Shown: piece by piece, positions 60,963 to 64,000 of the stretch | Layout: every line of letters begins with the position of its first letter | Numbering within the stretch: position 1 is the stretch's first letter | Assembly: GCF_032059615.1 (NCBI RefSeq) | Contig: NZ_DAMCAM010000003.1 | Coordinates: forward strand, 12,749-76,748 | Source: Melaminivora sp. | Lineage (GTDB): Bacteria; Pseudomonadota; Gammaproteobacteria; Burkholderiales; Burkholderiaceae_C | Reading direction: 5' to 3' | DNA length: 64,000 nucleotides | Made by a program: the position numbers and the translations under genes | Notes under the pieces: generated by a model | The model's database searches: none | Seen by the model: the letters and a program-made list of their open reading frames with translations, nothing else | What the model was told of the DNA's origin: nothing

Positions 60963-63350
60963 ATGAGCAAACCAACCCAGGCTGATGCCGTCAGCGCCGA
61001 GGCAGCGGCGCGCAACACCGACAGCGGCCCGGCCGCCGTCCCGAGCGGCATGGGGGGCGAGGCCGCGCGCAAAGCGGGCGACACCGAAAAAATGGTCGCG
61101 GCCATGCCCCACAACCCGACCAAGCCCCGGGAGTACGGCGAGGCCAACGGCCTCGCGCCCAGCGCGGGCGCCACGGTCGAGGCTCCGTCGCGTCTGCCGC
61201 TCGCCAGCGCCCTGTCGGAGCAGAACGGCAGCGCCAAGACGGGCACCGTCGCGCCACAGGGGCGCAACAACACCATCGACAGCCTGGACCGTGTGCGTGT
61301 CGACTCCACCGGTCAGGCCATGACCACCAACCAGGGGGTGCTGGTCTCGGATAACCAGAACACCCTCTTTGCCGGCGTGCGCGGCCCCGCGCTGTTGGAA
61401 GACTTCGTGCTGCGCGAGAAGCTCACGCATTTCGACCACGAGCGCATTCCCGAGCGTGTGGTGCACGCGCGCGGCTCGGGTGCGCACGGCTATTTCGAGT
61501 GCACCGACGCCATCACCGACATCACCTGCGCCGCACCGTTCCAGGAAGTGGGCAAGCAGACGCCGGTCTTCGTGCGCTTTTCCACCGTGCAGGGCGAGCG
61601 CGGCTCCAAGGACACGGCGCGCGATGTGCGCGGCTTCGCCGTCAAGTTCTACACGGACGCGGGCAATTGGGACCTGGTGGGCAACAACATGCCGGTGTTC
61701 TTCATTCAGGACGCGATGAAGTTCCCCGACCTGGTGCACGCCGTCAAGCCCGAGCCGCACCACCAGATGCCGCAGGCAGCCAGCGCCCACGACACCTTCT
61801 GGGACTTCGTCTCGCTCATGCCCGAGTCCACGCACATGCTGATGTGGCAGATGTCGGACCGGGCGATTCCGCGCAGCTACGCCACCATGCAGGGCTTTGG
61901 CGTGCACACCTTCCGCTTCGTGAACGCGCAGGGCGAGGTCACGCTGGTGAAGTTCCACTGGCTGCCGGTGGCCGGCACCCATTCGCTGGTCTGGGACGAG
62001 GCCGTGAAGATCTCCGGCGCCGACCCGGACTTCAACCGCCGCGACCTGTGGGAGCGCATCGACAGCGGCGCCTACCCGCAGTGGGACCTGGCGGTTCAGC
62101 TCTTCACCGAAGAGCAGGCCGAGGCCTTCAGCTTCGACGTGCTTGACTCGACCAAGATCATCCCCGAGGAGCTGGTGCCGCTGCGCGTCATCGGCCGCAT
62201 GACGCTCAACCGCAATCCTGACAATTTTTTCTCCGAGACCGAGCAGGTGGCGTTCTGCATCGCCAACATCATTCCGGGCCTCGACTTCACCAACGACCCG
62301 CTGCTGGCCGGGCGCATCCACTCGTACTTCGACACGCAGCTGCTGCGCCTGGGCGGGCCGAACTTCCATGAGATCCCCATCAACGCCCCGGTAGTGCAAG
62401 TGCACAACAACCAGCGCGACGGCTTCCATCGCCAGGCAATCTTTCGCGGCCGGGTGAACTACGAGCCCAACTCGCTGGCCGGAGGCTGTCCCTTCCAGGC
62501 TGGCATGCAGGGCTTTGTCTCGGTGGCGGCCCGCAACGAGCCGCGCCAGGACGCGGCCAAGGTGCGCGCCAAGCCCGAAAAGTTCGCCGAGCACTACCTG
62601 CAGGCGCGCCTGTTCCTGGACAGCCAGACGCCGGCCGAGAAGGACCACATCGCCGCCGCTTTCCGTTTCGAGCTGAGCAAGTGCACGGTGCCTGCCATCC
62701 GCGAGCGCATGGTTGCGTCGCTGCGCAACGTGAGTGACGAGTTCGCAGCCCAGGTGGCGGCGGGCCTGGGGATCGACCCGCTGCCCGAACCACTGCCGCT
62801 GGCCCTGCCCAACCCGCCAGCGCCGGAGGTGACGCGCTCCAAATACCTGTCACTGATGGCGCGTCCTGGCGACGGGTCGGTGGCGGGGCGCAAGGTGGCC
62901 ATATTGGTCGGTGCCGGGGTGGACGCAGACTTTGCCCGCGAGCTGCAGCGCGAGCTGCTCGAGCGCGGTGCGGTCGCGCGCTTCGTCGGCATGCGCATCG
63001 GCCCGGTCAAGGCAGCGGATGGCAGCACGCTCGACGCCGACGCCTCGACGGAAAACCAGCCCGGCTTCCTGTTCGATGCGCTGGTAATCCCCGACGGCAC
63101 CGCCGAGCTGGCGCGCGATGGCCACCTGTGGGAGTTCGTGCGCGACGTGTACCGCCACTGCAAGCCGCTCATGGCTCTGGGCTCGGCTCAGGAGCTGGTG
63201 CGACGCGTGCTGCCGCCCGAGCTTGACACGGCGCAGGACAAGGCGCTGATCCTGGCGGATGCGGGGGAGGACGGGGCGCTCGAGCGTTTCATCGCCTGCC
63301 TGGCGGGTCCGCGCGACTTCTCGCGCGAGAGCGATCCGCCGCTGGTCTGA
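60963..63350 (+). CDS. katE: Large-subunit (HPII-type) catalase
   Basis: TTNQGVLVSDNQNTL...FDHERIPERVVHARGSGAHGYFE...VRFSTV...RLFSY-like region, and a C-terminal flavodoxin/DJ-1-like domain (GRKVAILVGAGVD). About 795 aa with a long low-complexity N-terminus. Confidence 0.95.
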   Translation: MSKPTQADAVSAEAAARNTDSGPAAVPSGMGGEAARKAGDTEKMVAAMPHNPTKPREYGEANGLAPSAGATVEAPSRLPLASALSEQNGSAKTGTVAPQGRNNTIDSLDRVRVDSTGQAMTTNQGVLVSDNQNTLFAGVRGPALLEDFVLREKLTHFDHERIPERVVHARGSGAHGYFECTDAITDITCAAPFQEVGKQTPVFVRFSTVQGERGSKDTARDVRGFAVKFYTDAGNWDLVGNNMPVFFIQDAMKFPDLVHAVKPEPHHQMPQAASAHDTFWDFVSLMPESTHMLMWQMSDRAIPRSYATMQGFGVHTFRFVNAQGEVTLVKFHWLPVAGTHSLVWDEAVKISGADPDFNRRDLWERIDSGAYPQWDLAVQLFTEEQAEAFSFDVLDSTKIIPEELVPLRVIGRMTLNRNPDNFFSETEQVAFCIANIIPGLDFTNDPLLAGRIHSYFDTQLLRLGGPNFHEIPINAPVVQVHNNQRDGFHRQAIFRGRVNYEPNSLAGGCPFQAGMQGFVSVAARNEPRQDAAKVRAKPEKFAEHYLQARLFLDSQTPAEKDHIAAAFRFELSKCTVPAIRERMVASLRNVSDEFAAQVAAGLGIDPLPEPLPLALPNPPAPEVTRSKYLSLMARPGDGSVAGRKVAILVGAGVDADFARELQRELLERGAVARFVGMRIGPVKAADGSTLDADASTENQPGFLFDALVIPDGTAELARDGHLWEFVRDVYRHCKPLMALGSAQELVRRVLPPELDTAQDKALILADAGEDGALERFIACLAGPRDFSRESDPPLV

Positions 63351-63466
63351 CGGCACCGCCCGCTGATGCTTCGACCCACCCGCCCCGCAAGGGACGGCTC
63401 CGGGGCGGAGGCGGACAGGCACAGGCCCTGTTCATCTCCGCCCTTCACGCCTGCCTGGAATGAGTC

Positions 63467-63601
63467 ATGAAAGACCCCAAAGACATCTCCGCGGCCGTGC
63501 CCCAGTCATCAGGGCGCAACCGCTTCGCCACCCACCGCACGCTGCTCGTCGCCGCCCTCGTACTCGCCTTTCTGCTGCTGGCCGTCCTGGTGCCCTGGTA
63601 A
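63467..63601 (+). CDS. Hypothetical 44-aa single-TM protein downstream of katE
   Basis: My translation is MKDPKDISAAVPQSSGRNRFATHRTLLVAALVLAFLLLAVLVPW*. It is too short for the track. GC3-rich codons and one hydrophobic helix, but a weak SD. Confidence 0.35.
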   Translation: MKDPKDISAAVPQSSGRNRFATHRTLLVAALVLAFLLLAVLVPW

Positions 63602-63651
63602 GGCAGACCGATGCGGGGCAATGGCACGTCTCACCTCGGGGGCCGGCCACG

Positions 63652-63677
63652 AAAAAAGCCGGCGCATGGCGCCGGCT
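63652..63677 (-). terminator. Rho-independent terminator for the minus-strand gene ending at 63707
   Basis: Minus strand: AGCCGGCGC-cat-GCGCCGGCT followed by TTTTTTC. Confidence 0.75.
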
Positions 63678-63706
63678 GATTCCTGCTCTTCGGGGGACGC
63701 GGCTGG

Positions 63707-64000
63707 TCAGCCGGCCACGCCCTGGGCGATCATGCCGGCCTTGGCTGCTGCCGTCTCATCGCGCTTCTTCAGCGAGGTGATGCGTGCCACCTGGGAGCTG
63801 GTGTCCCGCACGATCCGTGTCTCCTGCGGCTGGGGCGACAGCTCGTTTTGCAGACGGGCGACGCGATCACGGTACATGCTGGCCAGCGCTGCATGGTGCT
63901 CGGCGGCGCTTTCATGCTCCAGCGCTGCCATGCGGGCCTCATCCATGCAGCGCTGCGCGCGGCGGGTGTAGATCGTGGCGGGGTCGAAGAATCGCTTGAA
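63707..64000 (-). CDS. Hypothetical protein, C-terminal part (ORF open to the right window edge)
   Basis: The frame stays open upstream of the listed Met (…FKRFFDPATIYTRRAQRCMDEARMAALEHESAAEHHAALASMYRDRVARLQNEL...). High GC3, followed by a strong terminator. No family recognised. Confidence 0.55.
   Translation of the reverse strand, partial: FKRFFDPATIYTRRAQRCMDEARMAALEHESAAEHHAALASMYRDRVARLQNELSPQPQETRIVRDTSSQVARITSLKKRDETAAAKAGMIAQGVAG

Noticed and set aside
63385-63412. Hairpin CCGCCCCG-(13 nt)-CGGGGCGG after katE, containing CAAGGGA and GGCTCC words reminiscent of the repeat family
   Set aside because: There is no U-run, so it is not a classical terminator. The repeat-like words are in the wrong order and orientation for the family register.

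Overview
High-GC window, roughly two-thirds G+C by eye. Gene content and order look like core chromosome of a betaproteobacterium (Burkholderiales/Comamonadaceae-like). I call about 52 protein genes, one tRNA-Lys(UUU), one frameshifted chemoreceptor gene, several intrinsic terminators and a few candidate regulatory sites. Conserved housekeeping blocks dominate. They include argP/argO, metQ, serB, mfd next to divergent ispD-ispF, envZ-ompR, bdhA next to a hydrolase-relA pair, and carAB-greA. Further blocks are yhbY/rlmE-ftsH-folP-glmM-mgtE, mltG-tmk-holB-pilZ-tatD, msbA next to tolB-pal-cpoB-tcdA, prpE, algC-waaA-patZ and katE. Many adjacent genes are joined by ATGA start/stop overlaps (hydrolase/relA, yhbY/next gene, folP/glmM, mltG/tmk, tatD/ankyrin). 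I see no transposase, integrase, prophage, CRISPR array, toxin-antitoxin pair or recognisable defence operon. I cannot support a claim that a novel multi-gene system is present. The most unusual signal is at the DNA level. It is a family of ~50-bp structured repeats with a fixed register (GATAGC-N5-GCCCTTG-N5-CAAGGGC-TGGAGCC-GTTTTT). Most copies sit between gene ends. One copy lies in-frame inside the essential gene waaA, and a possible relative lies inside a DUF4149 gene. Other points worth a second look are a chemoreceptor gene frameshifted exactly at its conserved signalling hairpin tip, and a sigma-32-type promoter plus leader hairpin directly upstream of ftsH. There are also AC-centred inverted repeats in the ompR control region, a perfect 14-bp palindrome upstream of an orphan metQ, and two uncharacterised genes wedged into the greA-yhbY block. 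The very long antisense ORFs in the track are high-GC shadow ORFs and are rejected. All start coordinates are inferred by eye from homology-like N-termini and Shine-Dalgarno (SD) placement, so they carry uncertainty.
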